In this document: one piece after another, positions 9,995 to 20,710 of the stretch | Numbering within the stretch: position 1 is the stretch's first letter | Layout of the letters: each line of letters starts with the position of its first letter | Assembly: GCA_047150005.1 (NCBI GenBank) | Contig: AP038806.1 | Coordinates: forward strand, 3,392,001-3,456,000 | DNA: 64,000 nucleotides | DNA from: Nitrospira sp. | GTDB taxonomy: Bacteria > Nitrospirota > Nitrospiria > Nitrospirales > Nitrospiraceae | Direction of reading: 5' to 3' | The notes under the pieces: model-generated | Told to the model about the DNA's origin: nothing | The model's input: only the letters and a program-made list of their open reading frames with translations | The model's database searches: none | Translations under genes and position numbers: made by a program

Positions 9995-10978
9995 ATGCTT
10001 CGAACGACGATGATCATGCTGACCCTGTTCGTTGCGGCCGGATCGGCCGCGGCCGAGACGGACCGACTGGCGTCCTGGAATGAGGGCCCGGTGAAGAAGG
10101 CGCTGGTCGACTTTGTCGCCCGCGTCACCACGGACGGCAGCCCGGAATTCGTGGCGCCGGCCCAGCGCATTGCCGTGTTCGACAACGACGGCACCCTCTG
10201 GGCCGAGCAGCCCATCTATTTCCAAGTCCAGTTTGCCTTGGACCGTGTAAAGGCGCTTGCGCCCACGCATCCGGAGTGGAAGGACAAACAGCCTTTTCAG
10301 GCATTGCTGGAAGGAGACAAGAAGGCCTTCGCCGCCGGAGGAGAGAAGGCGATTTTGGACGTCATGGCCGTGTCGCATGCGGGGATGACGACAGACGAAT
10401 TCGAAGCGACCGTCAAGGAATGGCTGGCGTCGGCCAAACACCCGCGGTTCCAGCGGCCTTACCACGAAGTGGTCTACCAGCCGATGATCGACCTGCTCGG
10501 CTACCTTCGAGCGAACGGATTCAAGACCTTCATCGTATCCGGCGGTGGTGTGGAATTCATGCGGGCCTGGGTCGAGAAGGTCTACGGGATTCCTCCTGAA
10601 CAGGTCGTCGGAAGCGTGGGGAAGGAGAAGTTTGAGCTTCGGAACGGCAAGCCGGTGTTGTTGAAGTTGCCGGCCGTGGACTTCGTCGACGACAAGGAGG
10701 GTAAGCCTGTCGGCATTCAGAAGTTCATCGGACGCCGCCCGATTCTGGCGTTCGGCAATTCGGACGGGGATCACCAGATGCTGCAGTGGACCGCAGCCGG
10801 TTCCGGCGCGCGATTCATGGGCCTGGTCCACCACACGGATGCCGAGCGTGAATGGGCCTACGACCGTGGCACTCATATCGGCAAACTGGACAAAGCGCTC
10901 GACGAGGCGACGGCGAAGGGCTGGTCGGTCGTCGATATGGCGCGCGACTGGAAGCAGGTGTTTCCGTTCGACAAATGA
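9995..10978 (+). CDS. Exported HAD-family hydrolase/phosphatase
   Basis: FDNDGTLW, IVSGG, FGNSDGD motifs; signal peptide. Confidence 0.9.
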   Translation: MLRTTMIMLTLFVAAGSAAAETDRLASWNEGPVKKALVDFVARVTTDGSPEFVAPAQRIAVFDNDGTLWAEQPIYFQVQFALDRVKALAPTHPEWKDKQPFQALLEGDKKAFAAGGEKAILDVMAVSHAGMTTDEFEATVKEWLASAKHPRFQRPYHEVVYQPMIDLLGYLRANGFKTFIVSGGGVEFMRAWVEKVYGIPPEQVVGSVGKEKFELRNGKPVLLKLPAVDFVDDKEGKPVGIQKFIGRRPILAFGNSDGDHQMLQWTAAGSGARFMGLVHHTDAEREWAYDRGTHIGKLDKALDEATAKGWSVVDMARDWKQVFPFDK

Positions 10979-11000
10979 GCTGAAGATGGGTGGGCAGGAG

Positions 11001-11435
11001 CTAGCCGACCAAGGGATTCCGAACCGTGAGCCCGGCGAAACGGCTAAAATCCCGATCCGCTGTCCACAACTCCATCACTCCATGTTGCAGACAGAGGGCG
11101 GCGACTCGCGCGTCATGAACTTGCGGACCGGATACCTTGGCGGCCCGGAGGACGGTTCCGAGTTGTGTCCAGTAATTTTCAGACTCCGACAGGAGGACAA
11201 GACTCGGCGATTCCATCCACGCCTCCACCTGATTGATCGCCGTCTCCAATGGCGTTGGGGGAGCATAGATGCGCGAATGGGTCACGATCGCGAGAAATTC
11301 GTGAATGCAGGGCCAGGGTATGGCCCATGGCGCTCGTCCCTCAGCCAATCGAAGAAGGTGATCGTATGCAGGTTCATGCCAGGAGGAATCTTCGCGATGA
11401 GCGTAAACCAAGAGGTTGCTGTCGATGGCGATCAT
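11001..11435 (-). CDS. vapC: VapC PIN-domain toxin
   Basis: IAIDSNLLVY, HEFL, HDARVAA, TADRDF. Confidence 0.9.
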   Translation of the reverse strand: MIAIDSNLLVYAHREDSSWHEPAYDHLLRLAEGRAPWAIPWPCIHEFLAIVTHSRIYAPPTPLETAINQVEAWMESPSLVLLSESENYWTQLGTVLRAAKVSGPQVHDARVAALCLQHGVMELWTADRDFSRFAGLTVRNPLVG

Positions 11436-11677
11436 CCGCCGCGACCTTCGTAGCTCAGTTCACGAATCTGTTCCCAGGAGGCCCCGGAAAGACGCGGTTG
11501 CAATCCCTGACCTTTGAACGTGGCCTTGCGGAGGCGGAATCCATTACGCCGTTTACGTTCTGACACAATCAATCGAAGTCCTTGTTCCACAAGAGCTTTC
11601 AATGTCGTCCGCTCTCGATGGGCCAACTTGCGGGCCTCTTCAAACAGGCTATCGGATATTTGTATGGTTGTCTTCAT
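11432..11677 (-). CDS. vapB: VapB-type antitoxin
   Basis: MKTTIQISDSL..A N-terminus; overlaps vapC start. Confidence 0.85.
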   Translation of the reverse strand: MKTTIQISDSLFEEARKLAHRERTTLKALVEQGLRLIVSERKRRNGFRLRKATFKGQGLQPRLSGASWEQIRELSYEGRGG

Positions 11678-11714
11678 ACGGCTGACCATACCATGTGATA
11701 TGGTCAGCCGTCAA
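11678..11714 (-). promoter_or_regulatory. vapBC promoter (TTGACG-18-TATGGT) covered by a perfect 13-bp inverted repeat (likely operator)
   Basis: ACGGCTGACCATA-N8-TATGGTCAGCCGT at 11678-11711. Confidence 0.75.
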
Positions 11715-12715
11715 TGAGACACCTGATGCATTCCGGGCTCATCGCCGTGGTATTGATCGGAATAGCGACATCTCCGGCGATGGCCGAAACCCACTTCGAG
11801 GGGCGAGCCTTGCTCTTTTACACCGACGATGTGGGGATTTTCTCGGCGACACGCCGATTGACCAGGGATGAGGATCCGACCCAGCCCGCGCTCGATTCCA
11901 TCTTGACCAACCAAGGATCGGATGTCGTCTTCGAGCCCGATGCGATCGCTCGGACGTCCGTGGACAACCGATGGGGGACCACGCATTTGAGCATCCGAGG
12001 GCAAGGATTCATCTATGCCGACAACCCACGATTCAATCACGGCACGCTGAAGGTTCAGGCCGTCCAGGCCTTCTCGTCCGATACGCGCCTGCTCCTCCGA
12101 TACTATTATGCGCCGAACCTCTTCCTCGGTGAAAACGAAGATCGCCAGCCCGGCGGCGTGGGGCTCGTGGACGAGGTGGTGACCAGCCAAATCGGCAGCG
12201 CGAGGATCGAGCAGCGTCTCACGAAGGATGTCGAAGTGCGGTTGTTGGCCAGAGTCGGGATTCGCCGCTACAACGATTCGTTCGCGCAGCGGGACACGAA
12301 CTTCTGGACGATCGGCCCGCATGTGGAGTGGCGAGTGTCCGAACGGGTTAAGTTGGGACTCAGTTATCACTATGAGCGAGGTCTCGCCCAGGGGCGGAAT
12401 GAGCCGCAGCTGCGGGATGACGTCTCCTACATCAACAACTACGTCAGCGCCGACGTGGACGTCGAGCTGATCAAGCGGCTCACGCTGTCGGCGGCGTTTC
12501 ACTATGAGCGGAACGACTGGACGAGCGGGATCGTCGGGGACATCCGCAACGGCGCCCATGAAGACGTCATCCAGGGAGAAGTCATGCTCATCCATCAATT
12601 CACCGAGTCGCTCCGGGCCATGGCGGGCTTTCAGCGATCGAATCGCAAACAGAGTTTCGAGCCGGAATCGATCAAGAATACGAACGTGGCGGTCGGTATC
12701 GCCGCGGTCTTCTAG
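11714..12715 (+). CDS. Outer-membrane beta-barrel protein
   Basis: Signal peptide, alternating strands, terminal Phe (VAVGIAAVF). Confidence 0.75.
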   Translation: MRHLMHSGLIAVVLIGIATSPAMAETHFEGRALLFYTDDVGIFSATRRLTRDEDPTQPALDSILTNQGSDVVFEPDAIARTSVDNRWGTTHLSIRGQGFIYADNPRFNHGTLKVQAVQAFSSDTRLLLRYYYAPNLFLGENEDRQPGGVGLVDEVVTSQIGSARIEQRLTKDVEVRLLARVGIRRYNDSFAQRDTNFWTIGPHVEWRVSERVKLGLSYHYERGLAQGRNEPQLRDDVSYINNYVSADVDVELIKRLTLSAAFHYERNDWTSGIVGDIRNGAHEDVIQGEVMLIHQFTESLRAMAGFQRSNRKQSFEPESIKNTNVAVGIAAVF

Positions 12716-12896
12716 CCCGCATTATTCATGACGGTTCGTGACGAAACCGGCAAGACGCCATGCGAGACGGGCACGTGGAGCCGCAAGGAAGGCATACTTC
12801 GTTTGGGTGCGAGGATCGAGGTTGCGCATATAGCCCCTCAAGCAGTCGGCATGATAGGCTTCAGCCCCTGCGTGTCGGGCTGAGCATGGAGAGCGC

Positions 12897-14003
12897 ATGG
12901 CGCGGAGAACGAAGCAGAGACGAAGACCATTCCTGTGGCCGACCCTGGCGGCGCTCGCCTTTGCGGGGGCGGCAATAGGGGCGGGGTATGTCTGGTTGGA
13001 AGGACGGCCGCCCGCTCCCGTTCCCGACGGCATGGTGTGGATTCCCGGCGGCACCTTCTGGATGGGGAGCGAGGAACCGATGTTTCGAGACGCCCAACCG
13101 GTGCATCAAGTGGAAGTGGATGGGTTCTTCATGGATCGGACGGAGGTCACCAACGAAGCGTTCGAGCGATTTGTGAACGCCACCGGATATGTGACCCTGG
13201 CCGAACGGGTGCCGACCGCGGAAGACTACCCCGGTGCACCCCCGGAGAATCTGGTGGCAGGGTCCGTGGTCTTTACCGCCCCGCCCGGTCCGGTCCCGCT
13301 GGACAATTATTTCCGATGGTGGAGTTATGTGACCGGCGCGAGCTGGCGCCATCCTCAGGGCGAGGACAGCACCATCGCCGACAAGATGGATCATCCGGTC
13401 GTGCATGTGGCCTACGAGGATGCGACGGCGTTTGCCGCCTGGGCCGGGAAGCGTCTGCCGACCGAGGCGGAATGGGAGTATGCCGCGCGAGGCGGTCTGG
13501 TCAAGAAATCCTACGCCTGGGGTGATGAGTTCGAGCCGGAGGGGAAGACGATGGCGAACTCGTTCCAGGGGCACTTCCCGGATCATAACAGCGCGCATGA
13601 CGGCTTCATCACCACGGCACCCGTCGGCTCGTTCCCGCCGAATGGCTTCGGCCTCTACGATATGGCCGGCAACGTCTGGGAATGGACGAGCGATTGGTAC
13701 CGCCACGACTACTTTCACACGCTTGCCGCGGCCGGCGGCGTGCCGCGCAATCCTCAGGGTCCTCGGAACAGCTTCGACCCCAGCGAACCGGGCGTGCAGA
13801 AGAAGGTTCACAAAGGCGGCTCCTACCTCTGCACCGACCAGTACTGTGCGCGGTACAGGCCCGGCGGTCGTGGGAAGGGCGAGCCGGACACCGGTACGTC
13901 GCATCTGGGGTTTCGCCTGGTCAAGGATTCGCAGGTAGGAGGAAGCAAGCAGACGAAGACTGAAAACACGTTCGACTCGACTTCACCAAGGAGGAATACA
14001 TGA
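12897..14003 (+). CDS. Formylglycine-generating enzyme (FGE/SUMF1 family)
   Basis: RLPTEAEWEYAARGG, DMAGNVWEW, GGSYLCTDQYCARYR. Confidence 0.92.
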   Translation: MARRTKQRRRPFLWPTLAALAFAGAAIGAGYVWLEGRPPAPVPDGMVWIPGGTFWMGSEEPMFRDAQPVHQVEVDGFFMDRTEVTNEAFERFVNATGYVTLAERVPTAEDYPGAPPENLVAGSVVFTAPPGPVPLDNYFRWWSYVTGASWRHPQGEDSTIADKMDHPVVHVAYEDATAFAAWAGKRLPTEAEWEYAARGGLVKKSYAWGDEFEPEGKTMANSFQGHFPDHNSAHDGFITTAPVGSFPPNGFGLYDMAGNVWEWTSDWYRHDYFHTLAAAGGVPRNPQGPRNSFDPSEPGVQKKVHKGGSYLCTDQYCARYRPGGRGKGEPDTGTSHLGFRLVKDSQVGGSKQTKTENTFDSTSPRRNT

Positions 14004-14503
14004 GACGAGTATGCCGCGCCGCGATCATCACCCTGGTAGTCACGACGGCGGTCGCCGGTGAGATGGTCGTGCCTGTGCATGGGCGGGCCGAGGACCAAAA
14101 CATGTCGCCGTCCGATTATGAACTGCTGCGGTCGGACATTCGAACGAAGAAGGCGACCCTCATTGCCGAGCGGATGAATTTCACGGATAAGGAAGCGGCC
14201 GCCTTCTGGCCGGTCTATCGCCAGTACGAGGTCGAACTGGCGGGGATTCTCGACAAGAAGATCGCGCTCTTGAAAGACTATATGAGCCACCATGAGACGA
14301 TGACCGATGAGCAGGCCAAACAATTGGCCGAGAATGTCTTCCGTGTCGACCAGCAAACGCTCGATCTCCGGGTGAAATGCTTCGGCACGCTGGAGAAATC
14401 GCTGTCGGCGAAGACCGTCGTCCGGTGGCTGCAACTGGAACGACGCCTGCAACTGTATGTCGATGCGCAACTCGCCAAAGAGCTTCCCGCGATCAAGGAG
14501 TAG
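14000..14503 (+). CDS. Exported helical hypothetical protein
   Basis: Signal peptide; EAAAFWPVY..Y motif; overlaps FGE stop. Confidence 0.7.
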   Translation: MRRVCRAAIITLVVTTAVAGEMVVPVHGRAEDQNMSPSDYELLRSDIRTKKATLIAERMNFTDKEAAAFWPVYRQYEVELAGILDKKIALLKDYMSHHETMTDEQAKQLAENVFRVDQQTLDLRVKCFGTLEKSLSAKTVVRWLQLERRLQLYVDAQLAKELPAIKE

Positions 14504-14511
14504 CATCCGCC

Positions 14512-15282
14512 GTGCAGAGAACCGGCGCGCTGCCCTGGAAGTGCCTGTGGTGTCTGTGCCTGGCGTTGATCTCCGGAGGATGGGCCGGTTGCTCGAGCTC
14601 GGTCTTGGGCTGGCACGTGCGGACGAATTCGACGCCGCATCTGCCGTCGTTCGACTACCGGGCGCTCGAACGAGACCCGGTCGCGCTGTTCGGCGCGCTG
14701 GGACTCATCCCGATTCAAGGCAACGAAGTCGGAGTGGAGTCGTTTCTCGATGAAATCCTCAATAGAGTGGCGCCCGCCATTAAAGTCGTCGGTCCGAGAG
14801 ACACGGTCACCCGCATCAACCAGGCGGGCTTGGCGGATGACTATGCGAAGATGCGCGACGCGGCGCTGCAAAGCAATATCCTGGCGCGCGAGCCGCTGCG
14901 GGCGCTGGGCAACGCCGTGGGCGCCCGCTACGTGTTTCAACCGCGGTTGATGTTGTTTGTGCAAGCCTTGACCGATCGATGGGTGTTTCCCGTCTTCGGG
15001 GTGAGGCTCTCTCAGACCCGCGCCACGACCGTGCGGCTCGCGCTGCAGCTCTGGGACACGGAAACCGGAGCGCTTCTCTGGGCTTCGGTCGCCGAAGGGA
15101 CCATGCAGAGCGAAGCGATGACCCAGGATCCGGTCTATTTCAAAGATGTGGCGCGCGTGACGCTGGGCAGCATGGTCGAGGATTTCGTCCGGGGCAGAAC
15201 GGACTCGATGTACACGCCGGTGGATACGCTGCTCAACAGCCTGGTCGAACGGCCGGTTCCCGTAGCGAACGATCCACAGTAG
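14512..15282 (+). CDS. Hypothetical lipoprotein
   Basis: WAGC lipobox; paralog of 8573-9172. Confidence 0.65.
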   Translation: MQRTGALPWKCLWCLCLALISGGWAGCSSSVLGWHVRTNSTPHLPSFDYRALERDPVALFGALGLIPIQGNEVGVESFLDEILNRVAPAIKVVGPRDTVTRINQAGLADDYAKMRDAALQSNILAREPLRALGNAVGARYVFQPRLMLFVQALTDRWVFPVFGVRLSQTRATTVRLALQLWDTETGALLWASVAEGTMQSEAMTQDPVYFKDVARVTLGSMVEDFVRGRTDSMYTPVDTLLNSLVERPVPVANDPQ

Positions 15283-15341
15283 GATAAGGTGCAATGATCG
15301 ACGCGATACCACTCACCCGTCAGACGGACAAGGAGACATTC

Positions 15342-15767
15342 ATGCAACGCTTCGTTCGGTGGCCGCTCGCGATGCCGCTGCTCCTGTGGCTTTCACTGTC
15401 GTTCGGATGTGAGACGCCGCGTCCCGCTCAACCGACACCGTGGATGCCGGTGCAGATCACCGATGTGTCCGGCGTGGCCGGGAAATGGGAGGGAATACTC
15501 CGTCGGGTGCCGCAGAACAAGCGCAACGACTTGGTGGCCCTCATCATCGAACCGGACGGGCGATTCCGCTTCACCAGCGTCCGGACGATCGGGATCTTGA
15601 GCGGAGAAGGCACCTTCACGCTGAAGGACGGGAAATTGACGTTCCGCTCGGAGCGGGGCACGATCAACGCCGGACTTTTCGAGGCAGACGGAAAACGGAT
15701 GCTCAAGGCCGAAGGGGTGGCGTCGGACGGCATGGAGTACAATTCCGAGCTGATGCCGATGCGGTAG
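15342..15767 (+). CDS. Hypothetical lipoprotein, paralog of 1896-2342
   Basis: LSFGC lipobox; AAGGAG RBS. Confidence 0.7.
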   Translation: MQRFVRWPLAMPLLLWLSLSFGCETPRPAQPTPWMPVQITDVSGVAGKWEGILRRVPQNKRNDLVALIIEPDGRFRFTSVRTIGILSGEGTFTLKDGKLTFRSERGTINAGLFEADGKRMLKAEGVASDGMEYNSELMPMR

Positions 15768-15838
15768 GCGGCGCCTGTTCATCGCCTGCGCAGGACGCCA
15801 CGGCTGTTAAGCCGTGGGACTCCGCGTTCCGGAGGCGC

Positions 15839-17272
<1,434 letters not shown>

Positions 17273-17335
17273 CGTACAGCCTCGTATAATGTATGGTCGA
17301 ACGTCCTGCTACGTACCGTCCTGCCGTGATCGCCG

Positions 17336-19672
17336 CTATTGCGCCTCGGGCGGGATCTCTGCAGGCTCCGGTTCCGGAGTCATCGAAGGGAACGTGAGAT
17401 AAAAGCGCGTGCCCTGACCGAGCGTACTTTCCACCCAGATGGTGCCGCCGTGCATCGCCACGAGATTCTTGGTGATGAACAGCCCGAGTTGCGCTCCCTG
17501 GGAGGAGGGGACGGACGACGGGACGCGTGAAAATTCCTCGAACACCCGGTGGAGATGTTCCGACTCGATGCCGCAACCGGTGTCGGCGACACAGACCCGA
17601 ACGTCCCCTCCATTTTCGTACGTGATGCTCACGGTCACCGTCCCGTCGCGGGGAGTGAATTTGATCGCGTTTCCGATCAGATTCCAGAAAATCTGCTCCA
17701 TCTTGTCCCGGTCCCCCTGCACCTTCGGCAGGTGCTTGGCGAATGTCAGGCTCAACATGATCGCCTTTTCCGCGGCGACGGTCCGGAGACTCTCGACCAC
17801 CAGATCGGCGATGTGTCGTACGCAGAGCGGCTCCGTGTTCAGCACTTCCCGTTTCAGGTCGAGTCGCGACCAGTTCAGCAACTGATTGATGATGCGAGTC
17901 AACCGGTCGAGATTGTGGCCGATTCGGTTCAAGTAGGTCGTTTGCCGTTCGGTCAGGGGGCCCGCGACGCCGTCGAGCATGTTGTCGGCGAAACTGCGGA
18001 TGGCCGTCATGGGGGTCCGCAATTCGTGCGAGGCGACCGAGAAGAACACCGACCGGCGATGGTCGTGCTCCTGGAGCAATTGGTTGGCGGCGGAGAGTTC
18101 TTTCGTGCGGGCTTCGATCCGGTATTCGAGATGCTGGGTCAGCTGCGCGAGGTGCGCATAGGTTCTCGCGTTGTCGATGGCGGAGGCCACGTGGCCGGCG
18201 ATCGTCAGGAGGATCTCGAGGTCCTCCCTGGAGCAGGGTTGGGAGCCGCGGTCTCCGCCGAGAAAGCCGAGCGTCTGGTTGTGGCTCTGAAGCGGCACGA
18301 GGGCGAAGGAGGTGACACCGACCCGGCTGGCGAGTTCCAGGATCGAGGGATGCATGCGCTCGCGCACCGTCGCGATATCGTGGACGAGCACCGGCTTGGC
18401 GTGCAGCATCAACTCGGCCATCAACGTCCCGTCCTCCTTGATCGGTATCGTGAGGTATCTGGCCGCCTCGGCGACTTCGTCCGTCACGCCGGCGACCTGC
18501 GCGACATAGGCCGTGTCGCGGTCTTCGTGCCGGAGCATCAGGACCATTCTGGAGAACTTGAGGTTCGATATGAGCAGTTGCAGGACGGTATCCAGTAACG
18601 CGTGCAAGTCCAGCGTGCTGGCGATCGCTGCGCTGGTCTGGTGCACGGTGGTCAGCTGGCTGATCTGACGCCGAATCGTGTCCATGTTCGTGGTGATCGC
18701 GAGGTTGCGTTCGTAGAGCGCCCGCGTCATCAAGTTGAACGTCTGCGTCAACTGACCGACCTCGTCGCTGGTCGAGGGGGTAAGCGTCGAGGGGGAGCGA
18801 CCCTCCGTGAGCTGGCGGGCGACGCCGGCCAGACTTCTCAGCGGAGTCGTCACGCGCTGCACCAGGAGTTGGGCCCCCAGAATGCCGGCCCCGATCAATG
18901 CCGCGGTTAGGAGCAGGACGTTCCGGACCAAGCCGGCCACGGTGCTTCGGACTTGGGCGTCGCTCACGCCGATCTGCACCATGCCGAGATAGGCGGGTTT
19001 GGCCTGGCCGTTGTCGTCGGACCGGCTCTCCTCGAATTGGTGCGGCAGAGGCGACAAGGACGGATCGGAGACCGGCCGGCGGAACACCGGCAGGGCAAAG
19101 TCGTAGAGATGCTGCTCGAACGGGGAAAGGATCCAGAACTTATCCGTCTCGGCTGAAGACGGGAGGAGGGTCATGTGCTCCTTGGACAACTGCACCGGTG
19201 TCATGCGGGGAACGGTGATGCGTGTCTTCGCGACCTCCAGCGCCATCTGCTCGTCCGGGTAAAACCGCCGCTCCTGCGAAAAGGTGAGACTACCGGAGGA
19301 TTCTTTCACCAGCTTGTTTTGCTGGGCCAGGATCATGTGATCCGCCCCGCGGATGACGACATAGACGACGTCCTCGACCGCCATGAGGCTTTCGGTGAAT
19401 TGCCGGAGCGTCGCGCGATCTTCCGCGATCAAACCGCCGTAGCGGAATTGTCCGTTGTTGACCATGCTGGTGAGAAGAATCCTGCCGAGTTGCTGGAGGT
19501 CCTCGGTCATCGTCGCCCGCCTGGTTTCGATGAAGTACCAGGTCAGCGTCGAGCACGCGACGATCAAAATCAGGCTGAAGAAGGCGACGAATTTGGTCCG
19601 TAGGCTGACGAATCTAAAGCCGGACGGCCGGACTGAAGCTCCGACGGCCTGGGGCGATTGAGGCGTGCTCAT
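17336..19672 (-). CDS. Membrane sensor histidine kinase (HAMP-GAF-HisKA-HATPase)
   Basis: Two TM segments, DEVGQL HAMP, SHELRTP, NLIGNAIKFT, DTGCGI. Confidence 0.93.
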   Translation of the reverse strand: MSTPQSPQAVGASVRPSGFRFVSLRTKFVAFFSLILIVACSTLTWYFIETRRATMTEDLQQLGRILLTSMVNNGQFRYGGLIAEDRATLRQFTESLMAVEDVVYVVIRGADHMILAQQNKLVKESSGSLTFSQERRFYPDEQMALEVAKTRITVPRMTPVQLSKEHMTLLPSSAETDKFWILSPFEQHLYDFALPVFRRPVSDPSLSPLPHQFEESRSDDNGQAKPAYLGMVQIGVSDAQVRSTVAGLVRNVLLLTAALIGAGILGAQLLVQRVTTPLRSLAGVARQLTEGRSPSTLTPSTSDEVGQLTQTFNLMTRALYERNLAITTNMDTIRRQISQLTTVHQTSAAIASTLDLHALLDTVLQLLISNLKFSRMVLMLRHEDRDTAYVAQVAGVTDEVAEAARYLTIPIKEDGTLMAELMLHAKPVLVHDIATVRERMHPSILELASRVGVTSFALVPLQSHNQTLGFLGGDRGSQPCSREDLEILLTIAGHVASAIDNARTYAHLAQLTQHLEYRIEARTKELSAANQLLQEHDHRRSVFFSVASHELRTPMTAIRSFADNMLDGVAGPLTERQTTYLNRIGHNLDRLTRIINQLLNWSRLDLKREVLNTEPLCVRHIADLVVESLRTVAAEKAIMLSLTFAKHLPKVQGDRDKMEQIFWNLIGNAIKFTPRDGTVTVSITYENGGDVRVCVADTGCGIESEHLHRVFEEFSRVPSSVPSSQGAQLGLFITKNLVAMHGGTIWVESTLGQGTRFYLTFPSMTPEPEPAEIPPEAQ

Positions 19673-19683
19673 GGCATGGATCC

Positions 19684-20679
19684 TCAATAGGCTTCGTCTA
19701 TAAGGTGACTGACATCCCGGGGAAATTCAATCCCAAGGAATCGGGCGGTCTTCATGTTCACGGTAATCTTGAGCCGTTCGATAGGGATTGGCTTCAGGGG
19801 GAGCCGTTTGTCGCCGTCCAGGATCCGCTTCGCGAGTAGGCCTGTCTCGCGTCCCACCTCTCCGTAGGTCACCGAGAAACTCAGCAGGGCGCCGAGCCTG
19901 GTCAGCTCGGGGGAGAATCCGACCACCGGAATGCCCCGTGCCTGGGCCGATTCAAGGATGAAGCCGATCGACTCATTCGTCAGGACGGTCGAGTCCGGCA
20001 TCAGCCATAGGGTCTCATTGAAGGTCAGCAGCGTGCGCAGTTGTTGCGGCACGTCCTTTTCGCTTTCGACCGGCAGGCTCTTGAGCTCGAAGGAGAGGGC
20101 TGCGGCCTGCTGTTCGGCCTCCCGGATTTTGGCGGTGCTCTTGCGTGGATCGTAGAGCGTGCCGAATTTTCGCTTCCCGGGCAGGAAGGTTCGGATGAGT
20201 TTCAATTGGCGTTCAACGGGGATCTCCAGTAGGGTGCCCGTGAGGTTCGGCGAGGCCAGATTGTGTCGCTGGGGATCCAGTACCATCATATAGATGATCG
20301 GCGTATCGAGGATTTCCATCTTGGCCGCCTGAGCGGCCTTCAGTCCGACGGCCACAACCAGGGAGGCCTCGGATGCACGGATCTTGCGCGCGAGCTTCCG
20401 CCCCAGGTCGAGGTCTCCCTGCAGATCGAATTCCATGTAGACGGCATCGGACGGGGCGGTGGCTTTGAACCCGTCGATAGCCTGGTCGTAGGCGGCGATG
20501 CTGGAGGATTTCAGGATGGCGATGTCTGCCGCCTGCGCTTCGGCGGGCCGAATCGGATTAATCGGCCCGATGAGCCAGATCAGAAAGCCCGCTAGGATCA
20601 GGACAGAGTCGACGGCTCGGATGCCGGGACGGGCGGGAGGCGGAACGACACGTTCGATGTACGCATTCTGCGATCTCAT
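19684..20679 (-). CDS. ABC-type periplasmic substrate-binding protein (probable kinase sensory partner)
   Basis: GALLS...GRETG..A.RIL, VNMKTARFLGI motifs; no permease or ATPase nearby. Confidence 0.8.
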   Translation of the reverse strand: MRSQNAYIERVVPPPARPGIRAVDSVLILAGFLIWLIGPINPIRPAEAQAADIAILKSSSIAAYDQAIDGFKATAPSDAVYMEFDLQGDLDLGRKLARKIRASEASLVVAVGLKAAQAAKMEILDTPIIYMMVLDPQRHNLASPNLTGTLLEIPVERQLKLIRTFLPGKRKFGTLYDPRKSTAKIREAEQQAAALSFELKSLPVESEKDVPQQLRTLLTFNETLWLMPDSTVLTNESIGFILESAQARGIPVVGFSPELTRLGALLSFSVTYGEVGRETGLLAKRILDGDKRLPLKPIPIERLKITVNMKTARFLGIEFPRDVSHLIDEAY

Positions 20680-20710
20680 CGATGGCTGACCCTTTATGCG
20701 ACGGCTGTCG

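Noticed and set aside
9083..10876. 597-aa minus-strand ORF and similar long antisense ORFs (e.g. 24061-25218, 31799-32905)
   Set aside because: Shadows of well-supported genes on the other strand in GC-rich DNA
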